A stretch of 63,218 nucleotides of DNA, filler included, from Candidatus Babelota bacterium (GTDB lineage Bacteria; JAGOBX01), in assembly GCA_017999075.1 (NCBI GenBank). It is 12 parts of 12 records of this genome, joined end to end, with 100 filler letters (N's around TTAATTAATTAA, not from the genome) between each part and the next. Parts side by side here need not be neighbours in the genome. Positions count along the whole stretch, not along the records: positions 28,107 to 30,856 come from JAGOBX010000554.1; positions 30,957 to 43,441 come from JAGOBX010000055.1; 10 more parts are not named here. One strand, written 5' to 3'. Position 1 is the first letter of the stretch. Every line of letters starts with the position of its first letter. This document shows positions 30,731 through 40,955 of this stretch, piece after piece. A model generated the notes under the pieces. The model made no database searches. It saw only the letters and a list, made by a program, of their open reading frames with translations, and was not told the origin of the DNA. The translations under genes were made by a program, and so were the position numbers.

Positions 30731-30856
30731 ATGCAGTCTGATTCACAATTTATTCAATAAACAGAAACGCTATTATTTCCCTTTTGATAAAAATGAAATC
30801 TGTCATAATGGAATATATATATTATTTGAAAAAGGAGAAACCGCTCACGATACTGA
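30720..30856 (+). CDS. Putative GIY-YIG-like nuclease, 3' truncated
   Basis: Overlaps the DUF6884 stop; NGIYILFEKGE resembles the GIY half-motif; cut by the contig end. Confidence 0.55.
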
Positions 30857-30956
30857 NNNNNNNNNNNNNNNNNNNNNNNNNNNNNNNNNNNNNNNNNNNN
30901 TTAATTAATTAANNNNNNNNNNNNNNNNNNNNNNNNNNNNNNNNNNNNNNNNNNNN
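30857..30956. other. Artificial contig linker
   Basis: N44-TTAATTAATTAA-N44. Confidence 0.99.
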
Positions 30957-31038
30957 TTATTCCTTATTACAATACTATATACCTTGTTTATAATATAACA
31001 CAAAAAATCAAAAAAATCAAGTATTATTTTATATTTTT

Positions 31039-32019
31039 TTAATTAATTATTTTATCCGCCTTTTTTATTACAGATTCAGGAAATTTAAAATTCAATTCAT
31101 TTGCCGCCTTTAAATTAACCACCAAACTTTGATTATTTATTGAAGCAAATGAAATATTTTCAACATTTTCTCCTTTTATAATTCTCAAAACAAGTTCTGC
31201 CGCTTTACTTCCCACATCATTATAGTTATGACCAAGCCCTACGACTGCTCCTTGTTCAACCATATTGGATGCAAGAATAAAAACCGGTAATTTATTTTTT
31301 CGAGCATTAGCAATTATTGATGTAATTCCTGAAGCAATCAATGAATCAGGAAATTGACAGAATGCTTCAATTTTTTTTTCACATAATGCGCCTGCTCCTG
31401 CATACAATTCTTGCAGTGTATTAGCAGGCACAGTTACAAGTTCAATATTTTCCTTTGCAAGAACATCGGTTAATTTATTTTTGGAATACACGGAATAACC
31501 GTCAGAAGGACAAAATACAGCGCCAACTTTTCTTATGTTAGGTATACTTTCCTTTAAAATCGGGATGATCTCTTCAAAAGGAGCTGAAGTTAAAATTCCG
31601 GTTACATTTTTCACTGATGTATCTACTCCGGCAAGTTCAGGACTATCAATAAATGTGGCTATTATAGGTATATGTTTTGTTTTCTTTATTGCAGTCTGAA
31701 CAGCAGGAGTAGTAACCCCTAAAATCACATCATATTTTTCGTTTATAAAAATATCTATAATAGAGTTTAAAGTTCCTATGTCCCCTTGAGCACTTCTGAT
31801 TTTTATTTCATAATTATCCTTTAAAAGCAGACTCATCTGTTTGCTAAATCCTGATTCCATTTCTTCAATTGCTGAAGCATCGACAAATTTAGCAATTGCT
31901 ATTTTCCAAGTTTTACCTGTATTTTTCTTTTTATTCTTTTTTAAAAGTATTGAAGATGCGATTGCGATAACTATTATTATAATTATTAGTATAAGAGTAA
32001 ACGAAAATTTTTTTACCAT
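31039..32019 (-). CDS. ABC transporter substrate-binding protein (ABC_sub_bind family)
   Basis: SAQGDIGTL, TTPAVQ, NVTG, VEQGAVVGLG, LVVNLKAANELNFKFPESVIKKAD. Confidence 0.9.
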   Translation of the reverse strand: MVKKFSFTLILIIIIIVIAIASSILLKKNKKKNTGKTWKIAIAKFVDASAIEEMESGFSKQMSLLLKDNYEIKIRSAQGDIGTLNSIIDIFINEKYDVILGVTTPAVQTAIKKTKHIPIIATFIDSPELAGVDTSVKNVTGILTSAPFEEIIPILKESIPNIRKVGAVFCPSDGYSVYSKNKLTDVLAKENIELVTVPANTLQELYAGAGALCEKKIEAFCQFPDSLIASGITSIIANARKNKLPVFILASNMVEQGAVVGLGHNYNDVGSKAAELVLRIIKGENVENISFASINNQSLVVNLKAANELNFKFPESVIKKADKIIN

Positions 32020-32034
32020 ATTTCAAATTATATT

Positions 32035-32805
32035 TTATAAAATTTCGTTGAGGTTTCTGCCTATTCCCAAACCTGCCATCATTGAATTAATCGAATTTGA
32101 ATTAAATAATGAATTCAAACTGTTTTTTATAAAATCCCTCTGATCAGCAGTGAAATTCGACTGAAGTTCTGTAATTTTTTCTCCGGTTGAAGAATAAACA
32201 GCATCAATATCTTTACTTACACTTTTTATTACAGCAGCAGTGGAATTAGTTAAAGTTTTTATATCGGATAATCCTGATTTCAAATCTGATATTTTTGTTT
32301 CTCCTGATTTTACAGAATCATCAAATTTAGATTCGTCAAATGATAAAGTTCCATCTTCATTTTTGCTGATTCCCATATTTTTTAACGAATCAGATGGTTT
32401 GATGTTTTCAAGATCTTTTGATGTTTCTCCTGAATTTATTTTATCAGAACTTTCAATGGCAGCATTATATGAACTCACATATTTTGAGATCTGCGCTTTT
32501 AAACGCGATGACTGGTAAGAATCAATTGTTTGATCTGAATTTTGTGTTTCACCGCTAACAGGATTTTCATATTTCGTATCAATTTCATTTAATGAATCCG
32601 CATATGAAGACAAATTATTATTTGCAAAAGATAAAGCATCAATCTTTGAATTAAAAGAAGAATATGCCTGGAGAGTTCCAACTGAATTACTGAATTCACT
32701 CGTAAAATTTTTTATCGACTGGTCATATTCTGAATCACCAAATTTTGATTTCCACGTTTCACTTTGAACCAGCTCGTTTAATTTTACTATTTCATTTATC
32801 CTCAT
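32035..32805 (-). CDS. Hypothetical protein with FliD C-terminal-like segment
   Basis: ISKYVSSYNAAI and LKNMGISKNEDGTLSFDESKF resemble the flagellar cap FliD_C region; Ser/Asn-rich. Confidence 0.55.
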   Translation of the reverse strand: MRINEIVKLNELVQSETWKSKFGDSEYDQSIKNFTSEFSNSVGTLQAYSSFNSKIDALSFANNNLSSYADSLNEIDTKYENPVSGETQNSDQTIDSYQSSRLKAQISKYVSSYNAAIESSDKINSGETSKDLENIKPSDSLKNMGISKNEDGTLSFDESKFDDSVKSGETKISDLKSGLSDIKTLTNSTAAVIKSVSKDIDAVYSSTGEKITELQSNFTADQRDFIKNSLNSLFNSNSINSMMAGLGIGRNLNEIL

Positions 32806-32889
32806 ATATTTCCTCCTTGAATTTTAAAACCTTTTTATCAATATTCCGAATTATATCTAAAATTTTTTTAACCTTATTATTTTACTTTA

Positions 32890-32962
32890 AATATAGCATA
32901 AATATTCACTTGTGTCAAATTAAAAAATTTAAGTTGACTAAATAAATTTTTAAAATTAAAAT
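32890..32962. promoter_or_regulatory. Back-to-back sigma70-like promoters
   Basis: Minus strand: TTGACA (32913-32918), 17 nt, TATATT (32890-32895) with TG extension. Plus strand: TTGACT (32934-32939), 17 nt, TAAAAT (32957-32962). Confidence 0.6.
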
Positions 32963-33003
32963 CAAATCATAATTTCAAAATAATATAATTTTTAAAGTTT
33001 AGT

Positions 33004-33936
33004 ATGAAAAAAAAAAAATTATGTTTCTCTCTATATATATTTTTTTTTATATTTGTTTATCCGTACAGCGTTAATTCAAAATCAGCGCTTGAATTATATA
33101 ATTCCGCATTAAAAATTGAAGACAGCGGCAAATCCGAACAGTTATTGAAAATTATAGCATCAGACTATCCAGAAAGTCCGTTTGCTCAAAAATCTTTATT
33201 CCGTCTCGGAGAAATTAATTTTTTAAAAAAAAATTATTCTGCAGCTTCTGAATATTTTGAAAAAATCATTAAATTATATAATAATTCGGATTTGTATAAA
33301 GATTCATTATATAAATATGCTGTATCAAAATATCTTGACGGAAAAACTTTCGAAGCAGAAAATATTTTAAAAGAATACCTGAGAACTTATCCTGATGATT
33401 CGAGAAAACAGGAAATTTTCATTAAAATAGCTGATATATATTTTAATAATGGAGAAATTGCAGAAGCTATAAATCAATACACTAACAGTCTATCAATTTT
33501 TAATACCAATGATTATAAAAGCTGGGCATACTTTCAGCTTGGGAATTGTTATAATTACGCAAACCAATTAAACGAGGCTTTTGTGGCGTATATGACAGTA
33601 ATAAAATTTTATCAGAATTCTATGGAATATTATAAATCACTCGAAATGATAGATCAACTCAAACAAAAAAAAATAAATATTGATTATAAAGTTATTCAAG
33701 ATAATAATCCGGCTTATAAATTTTATATACAGCTCGGAGCTTTTAAAAGTAAAGAAAACGCAGAAAAACTTGTGGATACTTTCAAAAATGATAAAGACCA
33801 CAAACAAAAAATTATAAAAATTTCTTTAGAAGATAATTTCTATAAAGTCAGGCTCGGAAATTTTTTCAGTTTTGAAGAAGCTAACAAGTATAAACGAGAT
33901 TATTCTTTGGGCGGATTTATTTTAACCGAAAATTAA
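33004..33936 (+). CDS. TPR (CpoB/BamD-like) plus SPOR domain periplasmic protein
   Basis: Signal peptide, DYPESPFAQKSLFRLGE TPRs, C-terminal FYIQLGAFKSKENAEKL...YKVRLGNF SPOR. Confidence 0.9.
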   Translation: MKKKKLCFSLYIFFFIFVYPYSVNSKSALELYNSALKIEDSGKSEQLLKIIASDYPESPFAQKSLFRLGEINFLKKNYSAASEYFEKIIKLYNNSDLYKDSLYKYAVSKYLDGKTFEAENILKEYLRTYPDDSRKQEIFIKIADIYFNNGEIAEAINQYTNSLSIFNTNDYKSWAYFQLGNCYNYANQLNEAFVAYMTVIKFYQNSMEYYKSLEMIDQLKQKKINIDYKVIQDNNPAYKFYIQLGAFKSKENAEKLVDTFKNDKDHKQKIIKISLEDNFYKVRLGNFFSFEEANKYKRDYSLGGFILTEN

Positions 33937-33949
33937 TTTTATTTAAACC

Positions 33950-35329
33950 ATGCTGGATAAAATATTACTGTTGAATCCGCCTGTATTCGGCGGAAAGAGG
34001 TATATTCGATCAGGATATTGCAATTCCGTTTCAAAAGGCGGATATTATTGGTCCCCTATAGACTTGCTGGTTCAAAGCGGAATACTTAAAAACAATTTCG
34101 ATATTAGTGTATTAGACGCTTCTGCTTTAAATTTATCTCCTGAAAAAACCATAAAATTTCTTTATAAAAATCATAATGATTTTTTTGGAATGTTTTTCAT
34201 ATCAAGCTTAGCTTCATATCAATATGATTTTCCTTTCGCTGAAAAATTAAAAACTGATTTTAATATAAAAAAAATACTTGTAAGCGCAGGATTTTTATTA
34301 TTCGATAATTCAAAATATTTACAAAATTATAAAGCTATTGACGGAGTTTTGTTAGATTATACTTCAAACGAATCTATAGATTTTTTTAAAAATGAAAAAA
34401 AAGATTATTCATTTATTTCCACCTCATCAAACATAAAAAATATTGAACAAATTAACCGCATTTCAAATATTCAATTTGAATATCCTGTTCCGCTCCATTT
34501 AAAATTTCCGTTAAAACAATATTATATGCCTAATTGCAAAAAACTTCCTATGACAAATATAATAACCAACCTTGGATGCCCTTTTAAATGCGGGTTCTGT
34601 ACATGGTCAGCATTAAAATACAGACAAAGAAAAATTGAAAATACAATAGAAGAACTAAAATATCTGAATAATAACGGTATATCCGAAATAATGTTTATTG
34701 ATCCGACTTTCGGGGCAAATAAAAAATATACCGAAACTCTGCTTAAACAAATAATTTATGAAAAAATAAATATCGGATTCAGCATCGAATGCCGTGTTGA
34801 TTTGATTGAAGAAAATTTTATCAAACTTCTTAAAAACGCCGGATGCCACAGCATAACTTTCGGAATAGAATCAGGAAATGATGAAATACTTAAAAATATA
34901 AAAAAAGGATTTAGTGTTGCCGATATAAAAAAGGCGTTTTCATTATGTCATAAATACTCATTAAAACCTACCGGACATTTTATAATAGGATTACCTGGTG
35001 AATCCGTTCAGACCATTACCGATACAATAAATCTTGCAATAGAATTAGACTGCGATTTTGCTTCATTTAACATAGTAATGCCTCTCCCCGGAACTGAAAT
35101 GTTTAAAAAATACAATTTTACAGAAGCGGTATCATGCAGCGATGTCGAATCTCCGCTATTAAATGAAAACGTTTCTTTAACTCCGGATGAAATTGTAAAA
35201 TATTCTAAATTTGCATTCAAAAAATTTTATTTCAGACCTAAATATATTCTTAAAACAATTTTAAAATTTAAAAACTGGGTTCAATTAAAAATTATTTTAC
35301 GCGAATTTTTTTTAAGTTTAAAAAGATAA
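33950..35329 (+). CDS. Radical SAM protein with B12-binding-like N-terminus (class B/HpnJ-like)
   Basis: LLLNPP, GCPFKCGFC, FGIESG, HFIIGLPGE, PLPGT. Confidence 0.9.
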   Translation: MLDKILLLNPPVFGGKRYIRSGYCNSVSKGGYYWSPIDLLVQSGILKNNFDISVLDASALNLSPEKTIKFLYKNHNDFFGMFFISSLASYQYDFPFAEKLKTDFNIKKILVSAGFLLFDNSKYLQNYKAIDGVLLDYTSNESIDFFKNEKKDYSFISTSSNIKNIEQINRISNIQFEYPVPLHLKFPLKQYYMPNCKKLPMTNIITNLGCPFKCGFCTWSALKYRQRKIENTIEELKYLNNNGISEIMFIDPTFGANKKYTETLLKQIIYEKINIGFSIECRVDLIEENFIKLLKNAGCHSITFGIESGNDEILKNIKKGFSVADIKKAFSLCHKYSLKPTGHFIIGLPGESVQTITDTINLAIELDCDFASFNIVMPLPGTEMFKKYNFTEAVSCSDVESPLLNENVSLTPDEIVKYSKFAFKKFYFRPKYILKTILKFKNWVQLKIILREFFLSLKR

Positions 35330-35360
35330 TTATAAAACTTTATGGAGGAAACTATTTACA

Positions 35361-37712
35361 ATGACTACTAAATATTTTTGTCTTCACTCTCATTTTTATC
35401 AGCCTCCCCGTGAAAATCCCTGGTTAAATATAGTAGAAACACAGCCGTCTGCATTTCCATCTCATGACTGGAATGACAGAATAACTTCCGAATGTTATTA
35501 TCCAAACGGATTCGGAAAAATATTAAATGGAAATTCTGTGTTAAAAATAATTAATAATTATGCATACATGAATTTTAATTTTGGTCCTACTCTTCTTGTA
35601 TGGCTTGAAAGAAATAATCCTGTAATTTACGAACGAATTATACAGGGTGATAAGTTAAGCAGAAAAATTTTTGAAGGATGCGGCGGCGCGATTGCCCAGG
35701 TTTATAACCACATAATAATGCCTCTCGCTGCAAGACGCGATAAAATCATACAAATCGAATGGGGAATAAAAGATTTCGAACACAGGTTCGGCAGATACCC
35801 TGAAGGGATGTGGCTTGCAGAAACTGCAGCAGACTCAGAAACGCTTGAAATACTTGCTGATTATGGAATAAAATATACAGTATTATCTCCTTACCAGGCT
35901 CACTCATTTTTTGAAAACAACAGATGGTGTAATATCCATTCAGGAAATTTTGATGTAACAATCCCTTATAAACTGCATTTAAAAAATAACAAAAGTATAA
36001 TCATTGTATTTTATGAAGCTCACCTGTCAAAAGCTGCGGCATTTGAAAATATACTCGAAAATGGCGATAACTTTATGAACGCTATAAACTCAAAATTCAA
36101 AAACAATTTTCCTCACAACCAGCTTATAACAATGGCTACTGACGGAGAAACATATGGACATCATAAAAAATTCGGAGAACTTGCATTGTCTTATGTTTTC
36201 AATAATCTTGAGAATTCAAAAAAAATAAAAGTATGTAATATTTCTTATTATTTGAGTAAAAACAATTATTTCAAAGAAATTAAAATACATGAAAAATCAT
36301 CGTGGAGTTGCGCTCACGGCGTAGGCAGATGGTCTGATAATTGCGGATGTAAAATTGATAATTCAGTAAGATGGAACCAAAAATGGCGGTTTCATCTGCG
36401 CAATGCTATGAATTCGCTTAAATATGAATTGGATATTATTTACGATTCTGAATTAAAAAAATATGTAACTGATGAAAAAACCAAACACCAAATTCTTTCA
36501 GATTATATTCTGCTTGCTAATAACCATAATTTAACTGAAAAAAATGTAATACGGTTTTTAAAAAATTTTAATCTTGAAATTGATTTCAGGGATAAGATAA
36601 TTTCTCTGCTTGAAATGCAGAAATATTCACAGTATATGTTCACAAGCTGCGGATGGTTCTTCGATGAAATTTCAGGATTGGAAGCTACGCAGATAATAAA
36701 ATACGCGTATTATGCAATAGAAATAGCAAAAAAATTCAATAAAAATCTGGAACCTTTTTTCATAAATTGTCTGCGTCCAGCTGAAAGCAATCTGCCAGAA
36801 TATAAAAATGGGGAAAATATTTTTCATTTACTTGTAAAACCATCAAAATTCGATAAACCTTTAATAGCTGCAATAGCAGCAGCATATGACATGTATAAAT
36901 ATGAAACTTCAAAAAAAAATATCTTATTCAACTACGATATAAATATAATATTCTCAAAAGTTGTTCATAATAAAAAAAATATAAGTTATGTTATTGAATT
37001 GAAATCTCCAATAGATTTTCCCGAATCATATTATCTCGTGTTAATAAATAAAACTATAAAGTTTACTGAAAAATATTCTGTAAAATGCCTGAGCGATCCG
37101 GCTGAATATATTGAAAAAATTAAAAATGGGGAAAACATTGAATTTGATAATATATTCTCATTTTCAGATTTTCCTCAGGATGCAAGAATAAAATTATTAA
37201 AAACAAATGTTGTTATAAATCTGAGAAAATATTCAAAATTTTTCAGGAAATTTTATGACAGCATAGACTTTTATAAGAAAAGCATTGAAAACCCTGATAT
37301 TTATCTGCCTCCGGTAGTTAAATCAATTATGCAGGAAGTAATTTATACGAGATTATACGACAGCATAGAAAAAAATGATATTGAAACTCTCCAGAAACTT
37401 GTCGAGCCGTCTGTAATATGGAATGTTCAATTTTACAATTCTTTGATTCATAAAGAAGCTAATAAAACTTTATCGTATCAGCTTAATCTTCTGCTTTCCT
37501 CGATAACGTACGATTTGTTTGATAAAAAAATTTATACTGATTTTATTAAACTTATAGATGTTTATAGAAAAATAAATCTCCATACTAATCTTCCTGAAAT
37601 TCAGGATGAATTCTATAATTTTTATACTAAATTTTCAGCGGAAAAAAATCAATATGGCGCTGAAGTTCATTATATAATTGAAAAATTACGCGAACATATT
37701 ATGTATAAATGA
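35361..37712 (+). CDS. Glycoside hydrolase family 57 / DUF3536 protein
   Basis: HSHFYQPPRENPW, FNFGPTL, YNHIIMPLA, GMWLAETA, ATDGETYGHH, SWSCAHGVGRW, MFTSCGWFFDEISG. Confidence 0.93.
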   Translation: MTTKYFCLHSHFYQPPRENPWLNIVETQPSAFPSHDWNDRITSECYYPNGFGKILNGNSVLKIINNYAYMNFNFGPTLLVWLERNNPVIYERIIQGDKLSRKIFEGCGGAIAQVYNHIIMPLAARRDKIIQIEWGIKDFEHRFGRYPEGMWLAETAADSETLEILADYGIKYTVLSPYQAHSFFENNRWCNIHSGNFDVTIPYKLHLKNNKSIIIVFYEAHLSKAAAFENILENGDNFMNAINSKFKNNFPHNQLITMATDGETYGHHKKFGELALSYVFNNLENSKKIKVCNISYYLSKNNYFKEIKIHEKSSWSCAHGVGRWSDNCGCKIDNSVRWNQKWRFHLRNAMNSLKYELDIIYDSELKKYVTDEKTKHQILSDYILLANNHNLTEKNVIRFLKNFNLEIDFRDKIISLLEMQKYSQYMFTSCGWFFDEISGLEATQIIKYAYYAIEIAKKFNKNLEPFFINCLRPAESNLPEYKNGENIFHLLVKPSKFDKPLIAAIAAAYDMYKYETSKKNILFNYDINIIFSKVVHNKKNISYVIELKSPIDFPESYYLVLINKTIKFTEKYSVKCLSDPAEYIEKIKNGENIEFDNIFSFSDFPQDARIKLLKTNVVINLRKYSKFFRKFYDSIDFYKKSIENPDIYLPPVVKSIMQEVIYTRLYDSIEKNDIETLQKLVEPSVIWNVQFYNSLIHKEANKTLSYQLNLLLSSITYDLFDKKIYTDFIKLIDVYRKINLHTNLPEIQDEFYNFYTKFSAEKNQYGAEVHYIIEKLREHIMYK

Positions 37713-38902
37713 AAAAAAAAATATTTTTTGTTATTTTAATCCTTATTGTTGCAGGTTTTATTATACGCTCAATAAATGCTGCAAAAAAATCATCAATGAT
37801 TGATTTAAACGTAAATATTAAAGCTGCCGGTAATTTATTAAATTCAAAAGAATTGTACTTTTTTCAGCCATATAATGGAGGATATACTTATCTTCCTGCA
37901 GTTTCTATTTTTTATATCCCGCTTAAATATTTGAGCGATAATTTCAGTCAGAACACAGCTAAATTCTGCTGGACAATATTTAACATAATAATAGCTTTAA
38001 TGTCTCTCTTAATAATTTATAAAACCGGATGTTTTGAAAATAAATCTGCAATTTCAATTTTACTATTCATTGCACTATTTTTATTTTTTCAGCCTCTTCA
38101 CCACAATATTAAATACGGAAATATTAAAATAATTCTGCTTTTCGGATATCTCTTATTGTTTAATTTTAAAAATAATTCTTCTGCTGCAGGAATAATTTTA
38201 GGAATACTGGTTGTATTAAGCATTCAACCATTAATTTTAATACCGTATTTCATAATTAAAAAAAAATATAAAATCATACTCGTTTCCGCAATTACAATTT
38301 CTTCTGTTATTATATTAAGTTTATTAATTGTTCCTGTTTCCGAATATATTTTATATTTTTCAAAAGTTATTCCTCAGCTTCAATTTGAAGGTTCCAGTTC
38401 AGCTCCTTATATACAATCAATAGATGCAATGTGCAAACGCCTGTTTCTTGAATATAATGAATATACGATAGAAATTTACAATAGTTATTTCTTAGCGTTA
38501 AAATTACCCATTATTTTAAAAGTTGGGTTTTTGTCTATCACTCTTTATTTTATATATAAATCAAGACATATAGATGATAAAAATTATTTTCAATTTTCAA
38601 TAATGTTTTTATGTATGATATTAATTCATTCAATTAATTGGGAATATCATTATACAATAATATTGGCAGTAATAACTTTTTTTTATAAAAAAGTTGATTT
38701 TATTTCAGCAGTTTTATCTTTTAAAATAAAGTGTCAATCTGTATTTATATTATTTTTTATCTTATGTCTTTTAATAGGACTTTATTATCCTTATGATCAC
38801 AAATTTTTCTTATCAGGAATTCCAATTTTTTTTACTAACACAAAATTATTTTCTCTTATAGGAATATATTTTATTTTATTAAAAAAAATAGATTTTGAAT
38901 AA
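37709..38902 (+). CDS. Glycosyltransferase family 87 (DUF2029, GT-C)
   Basis: Multi-TM; IDLNV, YTYLP, IKYGN, QSI, WEYHY. Confidence 0.8.
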   Translation: MKKKIFFVILILIVAGFIIRSINAAKKSSMIDLNVNIKAAGNLLNSKELYFFQPYNGGYTYLPAVSIFYIPLKYLSDNFSQNTAKFCWTIFNIIIALMSLLIIYKTGCFENKSAISILLFIALFLFFQPLHHNIKYGNIKIILLFGYLLLFNFKNNSSAAGIILGILVVLSIQPLILIPYFIIKKKYKIILVSAITISSVIILSLLIVPVSEYILYFSKVIPQLQFEGSSSAPYIQSIDAMCKRLFLEYNEYTIEIYNSYFLALKLPIILKVGFLSITLYFIYKSRHIDDKNYFQFSIMFLCMILIHSINWEYHYTIILAVITFFYKKVDFISAVLSFKIKCQSVFILFFILCLLIGLYYPYDHKFFLSGIPIFFTNTKLFSLIGIYFILLKKIDFE

Positions 38903-38963
38903 TTTGAAAAAAAATTATTAATAATCTATGATGCAACGATAATAGCCGATATTGATGCTGTTA

Positions 38964-39635
38964 TCAAAAATCTAATATTTGTTCAATAAAATTTGGAGAA
39001 TCAATAAAAATATTGCGGTTCCCCTGATATTGTTCTATTAAATTATTTCTTTTCAGTTCTGATTTGTCCGGAGGGTCAATCTGATTCCATTCACGCAAAA
39101 CTTTTTCTTCCGAATCATCTATCGGTTTATTATACATTACCGAAAAATAAAACATTGCTCTTGCAACATTCCCCTTATATTTATCCCTAACTTCAAAAAC
39201 ATTATTTTTCAAAACGCTTTCATTTTTTTTCAATGTCGCTTCACCAAACTTATTATTTCCGCGTTTTGCATTGATTTTACTTTCAGTTGGCGCAAGATGA
39301 TGCATATCCTGTTTGGCTCCTTCTGTTTTTGCAGAACCAAAATTTGATTGAGGCCAAATATGCTCGCAGTTGATAAATTTAGATTTATTATAATTCTTAA
39401 AAAAAGAATTATCTTGAACAGGAATTGATTCCCCTGAATAATAACATTCGACAAATCCGTTTTTAGATTCTATTTCAAGAATTTTCAAAAACGAATTTTT
39501 ATAACCAAGTTTATTTTCTTTGATAAAATATTTTTTATATTTATTTTTAAAATCTGTTTTCTGAAATGAATCCGAGTTGGAAGGTAATAATAAAAATATT
39601 ATATATAAAATAATAGTTAAAAATATCTTCATCAA
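38964..39635 (-). CDS. Exported endonuclease I (beta-beta-alpha-Me family)
   Basis: Signal peptide; NCEHIWPQS, DMHHLAPT, NAKRGN, KGNVARAMFYF, WNQIDPP, QGNRNIFID. Confidence 0.92.
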   Translation of the reverse strand: MMKIFLTIILYIIFLLLPSNSDSFQKTDFKNKYKKYFIKENKLGYKNSFLKILEIESKNGFVECYYSGESIPVQDNSFFKNYNKSKFINCEHIWPQSNFGSAKTEGAKQDMHHLAPTESKINAKRGNNKFGEATLKKNESVLKNNVFEVRDKYKGNVARAMFYFSVMYNKPIDDSEEKVLREWNQIDPPDKSELKRNNLIEQYQGNRNIFIDSPNFIEQILDF

Positions 39636-39660
39636 TGCATTTTTATCGTAAGTCGTTATA

Positions 39661-39703
39661 TTTTATCATTCTGTCCGAAAAATTTTCAGACAGAATGATA
39701 AAA
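39661..39703. terminator. Intrinsic terminator-like hairpin after the TraF/PorV-like gene
   Basis: TTTTATCATTCTGTC / GACAGAATGATAAAA 15-bp perfect stem with additional inner pairing. Confidence 0.8.
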
Positions 39704-39717
39704 CATAATATAAATAA

Positions 39718-40935
39718 TTACCAGAATAAAGAAATATTTAAATTACCGAATTTTTCACGTTCTTTGTAATCAAGACCATCATCAATACCGCCGGAAATAT
39801 CAACTTTCAAAAAAGCTAATTTTAATCCGATACCGCCGGTAATCAAATTTGAAGCTCCTGATTCAGCAATGTTTGTAGAATAACCTACTCTAATCGGCAA
39901 ATCAAAACGTTTCCAGTTAAAAGGTCTTATTTCAAGTCCTGCTCCAAACTGCTGCGATTTATATTTTAAATTATTAAACACGGCTATTTCATTTTCTGTC
40001 AAATCCAAATCTGCTGCAAAAGTAATGCGTTTAAAAGGTTTCCAGCATATTCCAAGACGAACCATCGGATCAATTTCAACTTTTAATCCATTAGTTTCAT
40101 CTGAAGAATCTACTGTAGGTCCAGTTAAATTTTTACCTACAATACCTATTGAAAATTTATCATCTTTGGAATTATATTTCAATCCTAAATCACAAGAAAT
40201 TTCAACATTGTCAAGAGAAATGTCGTCAACTTCAAGATCGTCTTCTGCAAAATCATCAAAATTTTTCAATTGTTTGGTTACAGCTTTATTAATTCCGCCT
40301 ACTCCTTTAACTGTCAAACCCAAATCAAGCTGTTTCAAACTTTCGGATAATTTTCCGCAATTGAAACCATACGACAAACCGACTTCTCCTATAACGCTGC
40401 CATAACCTGAAATTACTGAATTGGTGCCGGGTTTTATATCATTTGTTCCTAATTCAGCTATAACAGTATCAAGCGTAGCATTAACAAACGCTACATTTGT
40501 AGTAGCAGCATAAATAGAAATATTTTTAAAACGCAACCCAAAATTAAAATCAGGTTCAATTTTTACAAGATACGGGTTTCCGTTTACCTGATTTTAAATT
40601 TTCTGAAATAACGCATTTGCCTGAGCATATCCATTTTGCGCATCAATAAGAGTTGTATATTGTTTATCTAATATCTCAATCAAATCGTCAACATCATTTA
40701 CTAAATCTTCATTAATATAATTATCTGCATTCAATGAAAATCCCAATGTTAAATCAAATCCTTTCTGTCCGGATAAAGCAGCCGGATTGTAAAATGCGCC
40801 TATCGAACTTTCACCTACAGCAACATATGCGCCGCCAAGTGCATTGGCCCTGGCATTTGCAGTTTTAAAAGTAAGCGCAAATACAGATTGTGATATTACC
40901 AGAACTCCAATTAAAATTAATAAAACTTTTCTCAT
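39718..40935 (-). pseudogene. TraF/PorV-like outer-membrane beta-barrel interrupted by one in-frame TAA (40594-40596)
   Basis: The two track ORFs share a frame: ...LFQKI*NQVNGNPYLVKIEPDFNFGLRFK...; ARANALGGAYVA, AFYNPAAL, IGIVGKNL, AADLDLT, C-terminal W. Confidence 0.8.
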
Positions 40936-40955
40936 AAAAAAACCTCCAAATTATT

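Noticed and set aside
16838-30856. queC plus DUF6884/helicase as a 7-deazaguanine DNA-modification (Dpd) or QatABCD-type system
   Set aside because: They are on different contigs. queC looks like the housekeeping enzyme next to mnmA, and no dpdA/tgt or qat genes are visible.
33007-33018. A12 tract at the start of the TPR-SPOR gene (and similar A/T runs) as a phase-variation site
   Set aside because: It is in frame (poly-Lys n-region of a signal peptide), and such runs are frequent in this AT-rich genome.
39718-40935. TraF-like gene as a sign of a conjugative element
   Set aside because: No relaxase, T4SS or integrase is nearby, and this barrel family is common in chromosomes.
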